Shown here in pieces: positions 13,901-27,600 of a stretch of DNA of 64,000 nucleotides. Under the pieces are notes generated by a model, which did not search any database, was not told the DNA's origin, and saw only the letters and a program-made list of their open reading frames with translations. Within the stretch, counting starts at the first letter, position 1. Every line of letters starts with the position of its first letter. The translations under genes were made by a program, and so were the position numbers. Origin of the DNA: the human T2T-CHM13v2.0 reference genome, Homo sapiens; NCBI RefSeq assembly GCF_009914755.1, contig NC_060926.1. One strand, given 5' to 3'.

Positions 13901-16900
13901 GAATCCAATGGAATCTTCGAATGGACTCGAATGGAATCATCATCGAATGGAATCTAATGGAATCATTGAATGGACTCGAATGGAATAATCGAATGGGCTT
14001 GAGTGGAATCATCATCAAATTGAATCGAATGGAATCATCAAATGGACTGGAATGGAATCATCGTCAAATGGAATCGAATGGAATCATCATCAAATGGAAT
14101 CGAATGGAATCCTCATCGAATGGAATCGAACGGAATCATCATCGAATGGAATCACCAAATTGAATCGAATGGAATCATCATCAAAGACAATCGAAGGGAA
14201 ACATCGAATGGGATTGAACGGAGTCATCGAATGGAATCGATAGGAATCATCGAATGGATTCAAATGGAATCATCATCGAATGGAAACGAACGGAATCATC
14301 GAATGGACACGAATGGAATCATCATCAAATAGGATTGACTGGAATCATCGAATGGCATCGAATGGAATCACCATTGAATGGAATCGAATGGAATCATCGA
14401 ATGGCATCGAATGGAATCATCATCGAATAAAATCAAATGGAATAATCGAGTGTACTCGAATGGAATCATCAAATGGATTTGAGAGGAATCATCATCGAAT
14501 GGAATTGAACAGAATCATCAAATGGACTCGAATGGAATCCTCATTGAATGGAATCGAATGGAATCATTGAATGGAGTCGAATGGAATCATCAGCAAATGG
14601 AATCGAATGGAATCATTGAATAGCAACGAATGGAATCATCATCGAATGGAGTCGAATGGAATCATCAAATGAACTCGAATGCAATCATCATAGAATGGAA
14701 TCGAATGGAATCTTTGAATGGACCTGAATGGAATCATCATCGAATGCAAACGAATGGAATCATCATCAAATGGAATCACATGGAATCATCAAATGGAAAA
14801 GAATTCAATAATCATAGAAAGGAATTGAATAGAATCATCGAATGAAACCGAATGGAATCATCATCGAATGGAATCGAATGGAATCATCATTAAATGCAAT
14901 TGAATGGAATCATCATCGAATGGAATCGAATGGAATCATCAACGAATGGAATTCAAAGGAATCATCATCGAATGGAACCAAAGAGAATCATCAAATGGAC
15001 TCGAAAGGAATCATCGAATGGACTCGAATGGAGTTGTCATCGAATGGAATCAAATGGAATCATCGAATGGAATTGAATCGAATCATCATTGAATGAAATC
15101 AAATGGAATCATCGAATGGACTAGAATGGAAACAACATCAAATGGAATCGAAAGGAATCATGGAATGCATTCAAAGGGAATAATCAAATGGACTCAAATG
15201 GAATCAACATCAAGTGGAATCGAAAGGAATCATCGAATGGACCGGAATGGAATCATCATCGAATGGAATCATCTAATGGACTTGAATGGAATCACTATCC
15301 AATGGAACCGAATGGAATCATCATGGAATGGAACCGGAAGGAGTCATCATCAAATGGAATCCAATGAAACCATTGAATGGACTCGAATGGAATCATCATC
15401 AACTGGAATTGAATGGAATCATCGAACGGACTCCAGTGGAATCATCGGAGAATGGAATCGAATGGAATTATCAAACGGACTCGAATGGAATAAACTTTGA
15501 ATGGAATCGAAGGGAATCATCAAATGGAATCGAATGCAATCATCGAACGGAATCGAATGGCATCACCGAATGGAATCCAATGGAATCACCATTGAATGGA
15601 CTCGAATGGAATCATCATTGAATGGAATCGAATGGAATCATCGAATGGACTCGAATGGAATCATCATCGATTGGAATCAAATGGAATCATCGAATGGAAT
15701 CGAAAGGAATCATCATCAACTGTAATGAACTGGAATCACTGAATGGAATCGAATGGAATCGTCATCAAAAATAATCGAATAGAATAATCAAATGGAATCA
15801 AATGCAATCAACATCAAATGGAATCGAATGGAATCATAGAATGACATCAAATGGAATCCTCATCGAATGGAATCAAAGGGAATCAATATCGAATGGAATC
15901 GAAAGCAATCACTGAATGGACTTGAATACAATCATCAAATGGATTTGAAGGGAATCCTCATTGAATGGAATAGAACAAAAACATTGAATGGACACGAATG
16001 GAATCATCATCGAATGGAATCAAATGGAGTCATCAAATGGACTCGAATGGAATCATCATCAAAAGGGATCATCATCAAATGGAATCGAATGGAGTCATCG
16101 AATGGACACGAATGAATGAACAAATGGACTCGAATGGAAACATCAAATAGAATCGAATGGAATCATCGAAAGGAATTGAATGGAATTATTGAATGGACAA
16201 GAATGGAATCATCTAATGGACACGAATGGAATAATCATAAAATGGAATCGAATGGAATCATCAAATGGACTCGAATGAATGGAATCATTGAATGGACTCG
16301 AATGGAATCATCGAATGGACACAAATGGAATCATCATCAAATGGAATTGAATGGAATCATCGAATGGATTCGAATGGAATCATCAAATGGAACCAAACCG
16401 AAACGTCATCGAATGGAATCGAATGGAATCATCGAATGGAATTGAAGGCAATCATCATCGAATGTAATCGAATGGAATCATCATCAAATGGAATCAAGCG
16501 GAAGGAATCATCAAATGGAATCAAATGGAATCATTGTTGAATGGAATGGAATGGAATCATTGAATGGAAGTGAATGGGATCACCAATGAACGGAATCAAA
16601 TGGAATCATCTTCTAATGGAATCGGAAGGAATCATCAAATACACTCGAATGGAATCATCATCGAATGGAATCGTGTGGAATCGTCGAATGAACTGGAAAT
16701 GAATCATAATCAAATGCAATTAAAATGAATCATCATCGAAAGGAATCACATGGAATCATCATCGAATGGAATCATACGGAAACATCACAGAATGGAATTG
16801 AATGGAATCATCAGTTGGACTCGAATGGAATCATCAAATGTACTCGAAGGGACGCGTCAAATGGACTCGAACGGAATCATCATCGAATGGAATCGAATGG

Positions 16901-19900
16901 GATCATCGAAAGGACTCGAATCAAATCTTCAAAAGGACTCAAAGGGAATCATTGTAGAATGGAAATGAATAGAGACATCAGACAGTCTCGAATGGAAGCA
17001 TCATTGAATGGAATTGATTGGAAACATCGAATTCACTCGAATGGAATCATCATCTGATGGAATTCAATGGAATCATCGAATGGACACAAATGGAATCATC
17101 ATCAAATGGAATCCATTGGAACGATCGAATGGAATCGCATGGAATTATCAAATGGAATCGAATGGAATCATCTTTGAATGGAATCAAATGGAATCATCGA
17201 ATGGAATCGAATGCAATCATCATTGAATGGAATCGAATGGAATCATCGAATGGTATCCAAAGGAATCACCATTGAATGCCCTCGCATGGAATCATCATCA
17301 AAGAGAGTAGAAAGGAATCATTGAATGGACTCGAATGGAACCATCATTGAATGGAATCACCAAATGGAATCAAACGGAATCATCATCAAATGAAATCAAA
17401 TGGAATCATCAAATGGAATCGAATGGAATCATCATTGAATGGATTCGAATAGAATCTTTGAATGAAATTGAATGGAATCAGCATGAAATGGAATCTAAAG
17501 GAATCATAGAATGGTATCGAATGGAATCATCATCGAATGGAATGGAATTGAATGGAATGGAATGGTATGGAATCAGCAACGAATGGAATCCAAAGCAATC
17601 ATTCAATGGACTCTAATAGAATCAGCGGATAGACTTGAATGTAATCATCATCGAATGGAGAAGAATGGAATCATCCAATGGACACGAATGGAATCATCAT
17701 CGAATGGAATCGAATGGAATCATATAATGGACCCGAATGGAATCATCATTGAATGGAATAGAATGGAATCGTCATCTAATGGAATCGTATGGAATCATCT
17801 AATGGACCCGAATGGAATCATCATTGAATTGAATAGAATGCAATCATCATCAAATGGAATCGAATGGAATCATCATCAAATAGAATCGAATGGAATCATC
17901 AAATGGAATCGAATGGAGTCATTGTCTAATGCAATCGAATGAAATCATAGAATGGAATCCCATGGAATCAACATCGAATGGAATCAATTGGAATCATTAT
18001 CAAATAGAATTGAATGGAATCACTGAATGGAATCATCATCAAATGGACTCCAACGGAATCATCGAATTGACTCTAATGGAATCATCACTGAATGGAATAG
18101 AATGGAATAATCAAATGGAAACGAATGGAATCATCATCGAATGGAATCGAATGGTATCATCAAATGCACTTGAATGGAATCATCAATGAATGGAATCGAA
18201 TGGTATAATCGAATGGAATCAAATGGAATCATCTTCGAGTGGAACCTAAAGGAATCGCCAAATGGACTCCAATGGAATAATCATCGTATGGAATCGAGGG
18301 GAATCATTGAATGTACTCGAATGGAATCATCGAATGAACTCGAATGGAATCATCGAATGGAATCGAATGGAATCATGGTCGAACGGAAAAGAATGGAATC
18401 ATCAAGTGGACACGAATGGAATCAACATCTAATGGAATGGAATGGAATCATCAAATGGAATGGAATGGAATCATCATCGAATGGAATAAATGGAATCATC
18501 AAATGGAATCAAATGGAATCATCAATGAATGGAATCGAATGGTATCATGGAATGGAATTGAATGGAATCGTCTTTGAGTGGAATCTAAAGGAATCACCGA
18601 ATGGACTGCAATCATCGGATGGAATCGAGTGTAATCATCGAATGTAGTCGAATGCAATCATCATCGAATGGAATTGAATGGAATCAACGAATGGAATAGA
18701 AAGGAATCGTAGAATGGACTCGAAAGGAATCATCATTGAATGGAATGAAATGGATCATCATGGAATGTAATTGAATGAATCATCGAATGGACTCGAAAGG
18801 AATTATGCTCGAATGGAATCTAATGGAATCATCAAATGGACTCAAATGGAATCATCATCGAATGAAATCGTATGGAATCATCGAATGCAACTGAATGGAA
18901 TCATTGAATGGACTTGAAAGGAATTATTATGGTATGGAATTGAATGGAATCATTGAATGGACTTGAAAGGAATCATCATCAAGTGGAATCGAATGGAAAC
19001 ATTGAATGGACTCGAATTGAATCTTTGAATGGAATCGAATGGAATCATCATTGAATGGAGTCAAATGGAATCATCATCAAATGGAATTGAATGGAATCTT
19101 CATTGAATGGACTCGAATGGAATCATCATCAAATGGAATCTAATCAAATCATCAATGAAGGGAATCGAATGGAATCATCATCGAATGGAATCGAATGGAA
19201 TCATCAACAAGTGGAAACGAATGAAATCATCGAATGGAATCCAATGGTGTCATCGAATGGACACGAAAGGAATCATCGAATGGAATCAAATGGAATCACC
19301 ATCGAATGGAATCAAATGGAATCACCATCAAATGGAATGTTATGAAATCATCTCATGGACTCGAAGGGAATCATCATCGAATGGAATCGAATGGAATCAT
19401 TGAATGAAATGGAAAGGAATCACCATCGAATGGAATGTTATGGCATCTTCTAATGGACTCGAAGGGAATCATCATCGAATGGAATCGAATGGAATCATTG
19501 AATGCAATTGAATGGAATCATCATCAAATGGAATCGAATGGAATCATCGAATGGAATCTGAATGGAATCATGAATGAATGGAATCAAATGGAATCATCTA
19601 ATGGACGTGAATGGAATCATCATCGAAAGCAATGAAATGTAATTCAATCGAATGGACATGAATGGAATCATCATTGAATGGAATCAAATGGAATCCTCAT
19701 CGAATGGAATCGAATGGAATCATCAAATGGAATAGAATGGAGTCATCGTCGAATGTAATCGAATGTAATCATCGAATGGCATCGAATGGAATCATCGACT
19801 GGAAAAGAATGGAATCATCATCGAATGGAAATGAATAGAATCACAGAATGAAATCGAATGGAATCATCATCGAATGGAGTCTAATGGAATAATCATCGAA

Positions 19901-22900
19901 TGGAATAGAATGGAATCATCGAGTGTACACGAATGGAATCATCATTGAATGGAATCGAATAGAATCATCAAATGGACTTGAATGGAAACAACATCGAATG
20001 GAATCGAATTTAGTTATTGAATTGCATTCAGTGGAATCATCATTGAATGGAATCTAAGGAAATCATCGAATGGACTCTAGTGGAATCATCGAATGGACTC
20101 GAGGGGAATCATCATCGAATGGAATCGACTGTAATCATCGATTGGACTCGAATGGAATCATCATTGAATGGAATCGAATGGAATCAACGAATGGACTCGA
20201 ATAGAATCATCATCGAATGGAATCGAATGGAATCAAAGAATGGACTCGAATGGAATCATCATCGAATGGAATCTAATGGAATCATTGAATGGACTCGGAT
20301 GGAATAATCGAATGGGCTTGAGTGGAATCATCATCAAATGGAATCGAATGGAATCATCAAATGGACTGGAATGGAATCATCGTCAAATGGAATCAAATGG
20401 AATCATCATCAAAGGGAATCAAATGGAAACCTCATCGAATGGAATCGAACGGAATCATCATCGAATGGAATCACCAAATTGAATCGAATGGAATGATCGT
20501 CAAAGACAATCGAAAGGAAACATCGAATGGGATTGAACGGAGTCATCGAATGGAATCGATAGGAATCATCGAATGGATTCAAATGGAATCATCATCGAAT
20601 AGAAACGAACGGAATCATCGAATGGACACGAATGGAATCATCATCAAATAGGATTGAATGGAATCATCAAATGGCATCGAATGGAATCACCATGGAATGG
20701 AATCGAATGGAATCATCGAATGGCATCGAATGGAATCATCATCGAATAAAATCCAATGGAATAATCGAATGTACTCGAATGGAATCATCAAATGGATTTG
20801 AGAGGAATCATCATCGAATGGAATTGAACAGAATCATCAAATGGACTCGAATGGAATCCTCATTGAATGGAATCGAATGGAATCATTGAATGGAGTCGAA
20901 TGGAATCATCAGCAAATGGAATCGAATGGAATCATCGAATACAGTCGAATGGAATCATCAAATGAACTCGAATGCAATCATCATAGAATGGAATCGAATG
21001 GAATCTTTGAATGGACCTGAATGGAATCATCATCGAATGCAAACGAATGGAATCATCATCAAATGGAATCACATTGAATCATCAAATGGAAAAGAATTGA
21101 ATAATCATAGAAAGGAATTGAATAGAATCTTCGAATGAAACCGAATGGAATCTTCATCGAATGGAATCGAATGGAATCATCATCGAATGCAATTGAATGG
21201 AATCATCATCGAATGGAATCGAATGGAATCATCAACGAATGGAATTCAAAGGAATCATCAACGAATGGAACCAAACAGAATCATCAAATGGACTCGAAAG
21301 GAATCATCGAATGGACTCGAATGGAGTTGTCATTGAATGGAATCAAATGGAATCATCGAACGGAATTGAATCGAATCATCATTGAATGAAATCAAATGGA
21401 ATCATCGAATGGACTCGAATGGAAGCAATATCAAATGGAATCGAAAGGAATCATGGAATGCATTCAAAGGGAATAATCAAATGGACTCAAATGGAATCAA
21501 CATCAAGTGGAATCGAAAGGAATCATCGAATGGACCGGAATGGAATCATCATCGAATGGAATCATCTAATGGACTTGAATGGAATCACTATCTAATGGAA
21601 CCGAATGGAATCATCATGGAATGGAACCGGAAGGAGTCATCATCAAATGGAATCCAATGAAATCATTGAACGGACTCGAATGGAATCATCATCAACGGGA
21701 ATTGAATGGAATCATCGAACGGACTCCAGTGGAATCATCGGAGAATGGAATCGAATGGAATTATCAAACGGACTCGAATGGAATAAACTTTGAATGGAAT
21801 CGAAGGGAATCATCAAATGGAATCGAATGCACTCATCGAACGGAATCGAATGGCATCACCGAATGGAATCCAATGGAATCACCATTGAATGGACTCGAAT
21901 GGAATCATCATTGAATGGAATCGAAAGGAATCATCGAATGGACTCGAATGGAATCATCATCGATTGGAATCAAATGGAATCATCGAATGGAATCGAAAGG
22001 AATCATCAACAACTATAATGAACTGGAATCACTGAATGGAATCGAAATGAATCATCATCAAAAATAATCGAATAGAATAATCAAATGGAATCAAATGCAA
22101 TCAACATCAAATGGAATCGAATGGAATCCTAGAATGACATCGAATGGAATCCTCATTGAATGGAATCAAAGGGAATCAATATCGAATGGAATCGAAAGCA
22201 ATCACTGAATGGACTTGAATACAATCATCAAATGGATTTGAAGGGAATCCTCATTGAATGGAATAGAACAAAAACATTGAATGGACACGAATGGAAACAT
22301 CATCGAATGGGATCATCATGAAATGGAATCGAATGGAGTCATCGAATTGACACGAATGAATGAACAAATGGACTCGAATGGAAACATAAAATAGAATCGA
22401 ATGGAATCATCAAAAGGAATTGAATGGAATTATTGAATGGACTCGAATGGAATCATCTAATGGACACGAATGGAATAATCATAAAATGGAATCGAATGGA
22501 ATCATCAAATGGACTCGAATGAATGGAATCATTGAATGGATTCGAATGGAATCATCGAATGGACTCAAATGGAATCATCATCAAATGGAATCGAATGGAA
22601 TCATCGAATGGACTCGAATGGAATCATCACATGGAATCAAACCGAATCGTCATCGAATGGAATCGAATGGAATCATCGAATGGAATTGAAGGCAATCATC
22701 ATCGAATGGAATCGAATGGAATCATCATCAAATGGAATCAAGCGGAAGGAATCATCAAATGGAATCAAATGGAATCATTGTTGAATGGAATGGAATGGAA
22801 TCATTGAATGGAATTGAATGGGATCACCAATGAACGGAATCAAATGGAATCATCTTCTAATGGAATCGAAAGGAATCATCAAATACACTCGAAAGGAATC

Positions 22901-23555
22901 ATCATCGAATGGAATCGTGTGGAATCGTCGAATGAACTGGAAATGAATCATAATCAAATGCAATTAAAATGAATCATCATCAAAAGGAATCACATGGAAT
23001 CATCATCGAATGGAATCATACGGAAACATCACAGAATGGAATTGAATGGAATCATCAGTTGGACTCGAATGGAATCATCAAATGTACTCGAAGGGACGCG
23101 TCAAATGGACTCGAACGGAATCATCATCGAATGGAATCCAATGGGATCATCGAAAGGACTCGAATCAAATCTTCAAAAGGACTCAAAGGGAATCATTGTA
23201 GAATGGAAATGAATAGAGTCATCAGACAGCCTCGAATGGAAACATCATTGAATGGAATTGATTGGAAACATCGAATTCACTCGAATGGAATCATCATCTG
23301 ATGGAATTCAATGGAATCATCGAATGGACACAAATGGAATCATCATCAAATGGAATCCATTGGAACGATCGAATGGAATCACATGGAATTATCAAATGGA
23401 ATCGAATGCAATCATCATTGAATGGAATCGAATGGAATCATCGAATGGTATACAAAGGAATCACCATTGAATGCCCTCGCATGGAATCATCATCATATAG
23501 AGTAGAAAGGAATCATTGAATGGATTCGAATGGAACCATCATTGAATGGAATCAC
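10980..23555 (+). repeat. Two near full-length ~6.2-6.4 kb higher-order units
   Basis: Landmark spacing: 11492/17890 = 6398, 12674/19091 = 6417, 15286/21579 = 6293, 17008/23252 = 6244. Confidence 0.88.
11131..11175 (+). repeat. Pure (GGAAT)9 microsatellite, the longest allele of a variable pentamer run found once per unit
   Basis: Nine perfect GGAAT units between CATCGAAT and CAGCATC. Homologous runs lie at ~114, 3013, 7701, 17539, 24830, 31422, 44345 and 60650. Confidence 0.9.
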
Positions 23556-24650
23556 CAAATAGAATCAAATGGAATCATCGAAAGGAATTCAATGGAATGA
23601 TTGAATGGACTCGAATGGAATCATCTAATGGACACGAATGGAACAATCATAAAATGGAATTGAATGGAATCATCAAATGGACTCGAATGAATGCAATCAT
23701 TGAATGGACTCGAATGGAATCATCGAATGGACTCAAATGGAATCATCATCAAATGGAATCGAATGGAATCATCGAATGGAATTGAAGGCAATCATCATCG
23801 AATGGAATCGAATGGAATCATCATCAAATGGAATCAAGCGGAAGGAATCATCAAATGGAATCAAATGGAATCATTGTTGAATGGAATGGAATGGAATCAT
23901 TGAATGGAATTGAATGGGATCACCAATGAACGGAATCAAATGGAATCATCTTCTAATGGAATCGGAAGGAATCATCAAATACACTCGAATGGAATCATCA
24001 TCGAATGGAATCGTGTGGAATCGTCGAATGAACTGGAAATGAATCATAATCAAATGCAATTAAAATGAATCCTCATCGAAAGGAATCACATGGAATCATC
24101 ATCGAATGGAATCATAGGGAAACATCACAGAATGGAATTGAATGGAATCATCAGTTGGACTCGAATGGAATCATCAAATGTACTCGAAGGGACGCGTCAA
24201 ATGGACTCGAACGGAATCATCCTCGAATGGAATCGAATGGGATCATCGAAAGGACTCGAATCAAATCTTCAAAAGGACTCAAAGGGAATCATTGTAGAAT
24301 GGAAATGAATAGAGTCATCAGACAGCCTCGAATGGAAACATCATTGAATGGAATTGATTGGAAACATCGAATTCACTCGAATGGAATCATCATCTGATGG
24401 AATTGAATGGAATCATCGAATGGACACAAATGGAATCATCATCAAATGGAATCCATTGGAACGATCGAATGGAATCGCATGGAATTATCAAATGGAATCG
24501 AATGTAATCATCATTGAATGGAATCGAATGGAATCATCGAATGGTATACAAAGGAATCACCATTGAATGCCCTCGCATGGAATCATCATCATATAGAGTA
24601 GAAAGGAATCATTGAATGGACTCGAATGGAACCATCATTGAATGGAATCA
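22390..24650 (+). repeat. ~1.1 kb tandem segmental duplication within the array
   Basis: 22969/24065, 22994/24090 and 23252/24348 are all 1096 apart. The junction is at ~23555 (ATCACCAAATAGAATCAAATGG). Confidence 0.85.
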
Positions 24651-27600
24651 CCAAATGGAATCAAATGGAATCATCATCAAATGAAATCAAACGGAATCAT
24701 CAAATGGAATCAAATGGAATCATCATTGAATGGATTCGAATAGAATCTTTGAATGAAATTGAATGGAATCAGCATGAAATGGAATTTAAAGGAATCATAG
24801 AATGGTATCGAATGGAATCATCATCGAATGGAATGGAATGGAATGGAATGGAATCAGCATAGAATGGAATCGAAAGCAATCATTCAATGGAATCTAATAG
24901 AATCATCGAATAGACTTGAATGTAATCATCATCGAATGGAGAAGAATGGAATCATCCAATGGACAGGAATGGAATCATCCTCGAATGGAATCGAATGGAA
25001 TCATATAATGGACACGAATGGAATCATCATTGAATGGAATAGAATGGAATCGTCATCGAATGGAATCGTATGGAATCATCTAATGGACCCGAATGGAATC
25101 ATCATCGAATTGAATAGAATGCAATCATCATCAAATGGAATCGAATGGAATCATCATCAAATAGAATCGAATGGAATCATCACATGGAATCAAATGGAGT
25201 CATTGTCTAATGCAATCCAATGAAATCATAGTATGGAATCCCATGAAATCAACATCGAATGGAATCGATTGGAATCATTATCAAATAGAATTGAATGGAA
25301 TCACTGAATGGAATCATCATCAAATGGACTCCAACGGAATCATCGAATTGACTCTAATGGAATCATCACTGAATGGAACAGAGCGGAATAATCAAATGGA
25401 AACGAATGGAATCATCATCGAATGGAATCGAATGGTATCATCAAATGCACTTGAATGGAATCATCAATGAATGCAATCGAATGGTATAATCGAATGGAAT
25501 CAAATGGAATCATCTTCGAGTGGAACAGAAAGGAATCGCCAAATGGACTCCAATGGAATAATCATCATATGGAATCGAGTGGAATCATCGAATGTACTCG
25601 AATGGAATCATCGAATGTACTCGAATGGAATCATCGAATGGAATCGAATGGAATCATGGTCGAACGGAAAAGAATGGAATCATCAAGTGGACACGAATGG
25701 AATCAACATCTAATGGAATGGAATGGAATCATCAAATGGAATGGAATGGAATCATCATCGAATGGAATAAAATGGAATCATCAAATGGAATCAAATGGAA
25801 TCATCAATGAATGGAATCGAATGGTATCATGGAATGGAATTGAATGGAAACGTCTTTGAGTGGAATCTAAAGGAATCACCGAATGGACTCCAATCATCAG
25901 ATGGAATCGAGTGGAATCATCGAATGTAGTCGAATGCAATCATCATCGAATGGAATTGAATGGAATCAACGAATGGAATACAAAGGAATCATAGAATGGA
26001 CTCGAATGGAATCATCATTGAATGGAATGAAATGGAATCATCATGGAATGGAATTGAATGGAATCATGGAATGGACTCAAATGGAATCATCATCGAATGA
26101 AATCGTATGGAATCATCGAATGCAACTGAATGGAATCATTGAATGGACTTGAAAGGAATTATTACGGAATGGAATTGAATGGAATCATTGAATGGACTTG
26201 AAAGGAATCATCATCAAATGGAATCGAATGGAATCGTTGAATGGACTCGAATTGAATCTTTGAATGGAATCGAATGGAATCATCATTGAATGGAGTCAAA
26301 TGGAATCATCATCAAATGGAATTGAATGGAATCTTCATTGAATGGACTCGAATGGAATCATCACAAATGGAATCTAATCGAATCATCAATGAAGGGAATC
26401 GAATGGAATGATCATCGAATGGAATCGAATGGAATCATCAACAAGTGGAAACGAATGAAATCATCGAATGGAATCCAATGGTGTCATCGAATGGACACGA
26501 AAGGAATCATCGAATGGAATCAAATGGAATCACCATCGAATGGAATCAAATGGAATCACCATCGAATGGAATGTTATGAAATCATCTCATGGACTCGAAG
26601 GGAATCATCATCGAATGGAATCGAATGGAATCATTGAATGAAATGGAAAGGAATCACCATCGAATGGAATGTTATGGAATCTTCTAATGGACTCGAAGGG
26701 AATCATCATCGAATGGAATCGAATGGAATCATTGAATGCAATTGAATGGAATCATCATCAAATGGAATCGAATGGAATCATCGAATGGAATCTGAATGGA
26801 ATCATCAATGAATGGAATCAAATGGAATCATCTAATGGACGTGAATGGAATCATCATCGAAAGCAATGAAATGTAATTCAATCGAATGGACATGAATGGA
26901 ATCATCATTGAATGGAATCAAATGGAATCCTCATCGAATGGAATCGAATGGAATCATCAAATGGAATAGAATGGAGTCATCGTCGAATGTAATCGAATGT
27001 AATCATCGAATGTCATCGAATGGAATCATCGACTGGAAAAGAATGGAATCATCATCGAATGGAAATGAATAGAATCACAGAATGAAATCGAATGGAATCA
27101 TCATCGAATGGAGTCTAATGGAATAATCATCGAATGGAATAGAATGGAATCATCGAGTGGACACGAATGAAATCATCATTGAATGCAATCGAATAGAATC
27201 ATCAAATGGACTTGAATGGAAACAACATCGAATGGAATCGAATTTACTCATTGAATGGCATTGAGTGGAATCATCATTGAATGGAATCTAAGGAAATCAT
27301 CGAATGGACTTGAGTGGAATCATCGAATGGACTGGAGTGGAATCATCGAATGGACTCGAGGGGAATCATCATTGAATGGAATCTAGTGGAATCATTGAAT
27401 GGACTCGAATGGAGTAATCGAATGGGCTTGAGTGGAATCATCATCAAATGGAATCAAATGGAATCATCAAATGGACTTGAATGGAAACAACATCGAATGG
27501 AATCGAATTTAGTCATTGAATTGCACTGAGTGGAATCATCATTGAATGGAATCTAAGGAAATCATCGAATGGACTCGAGTGGAATCATCGAATGGACTCG

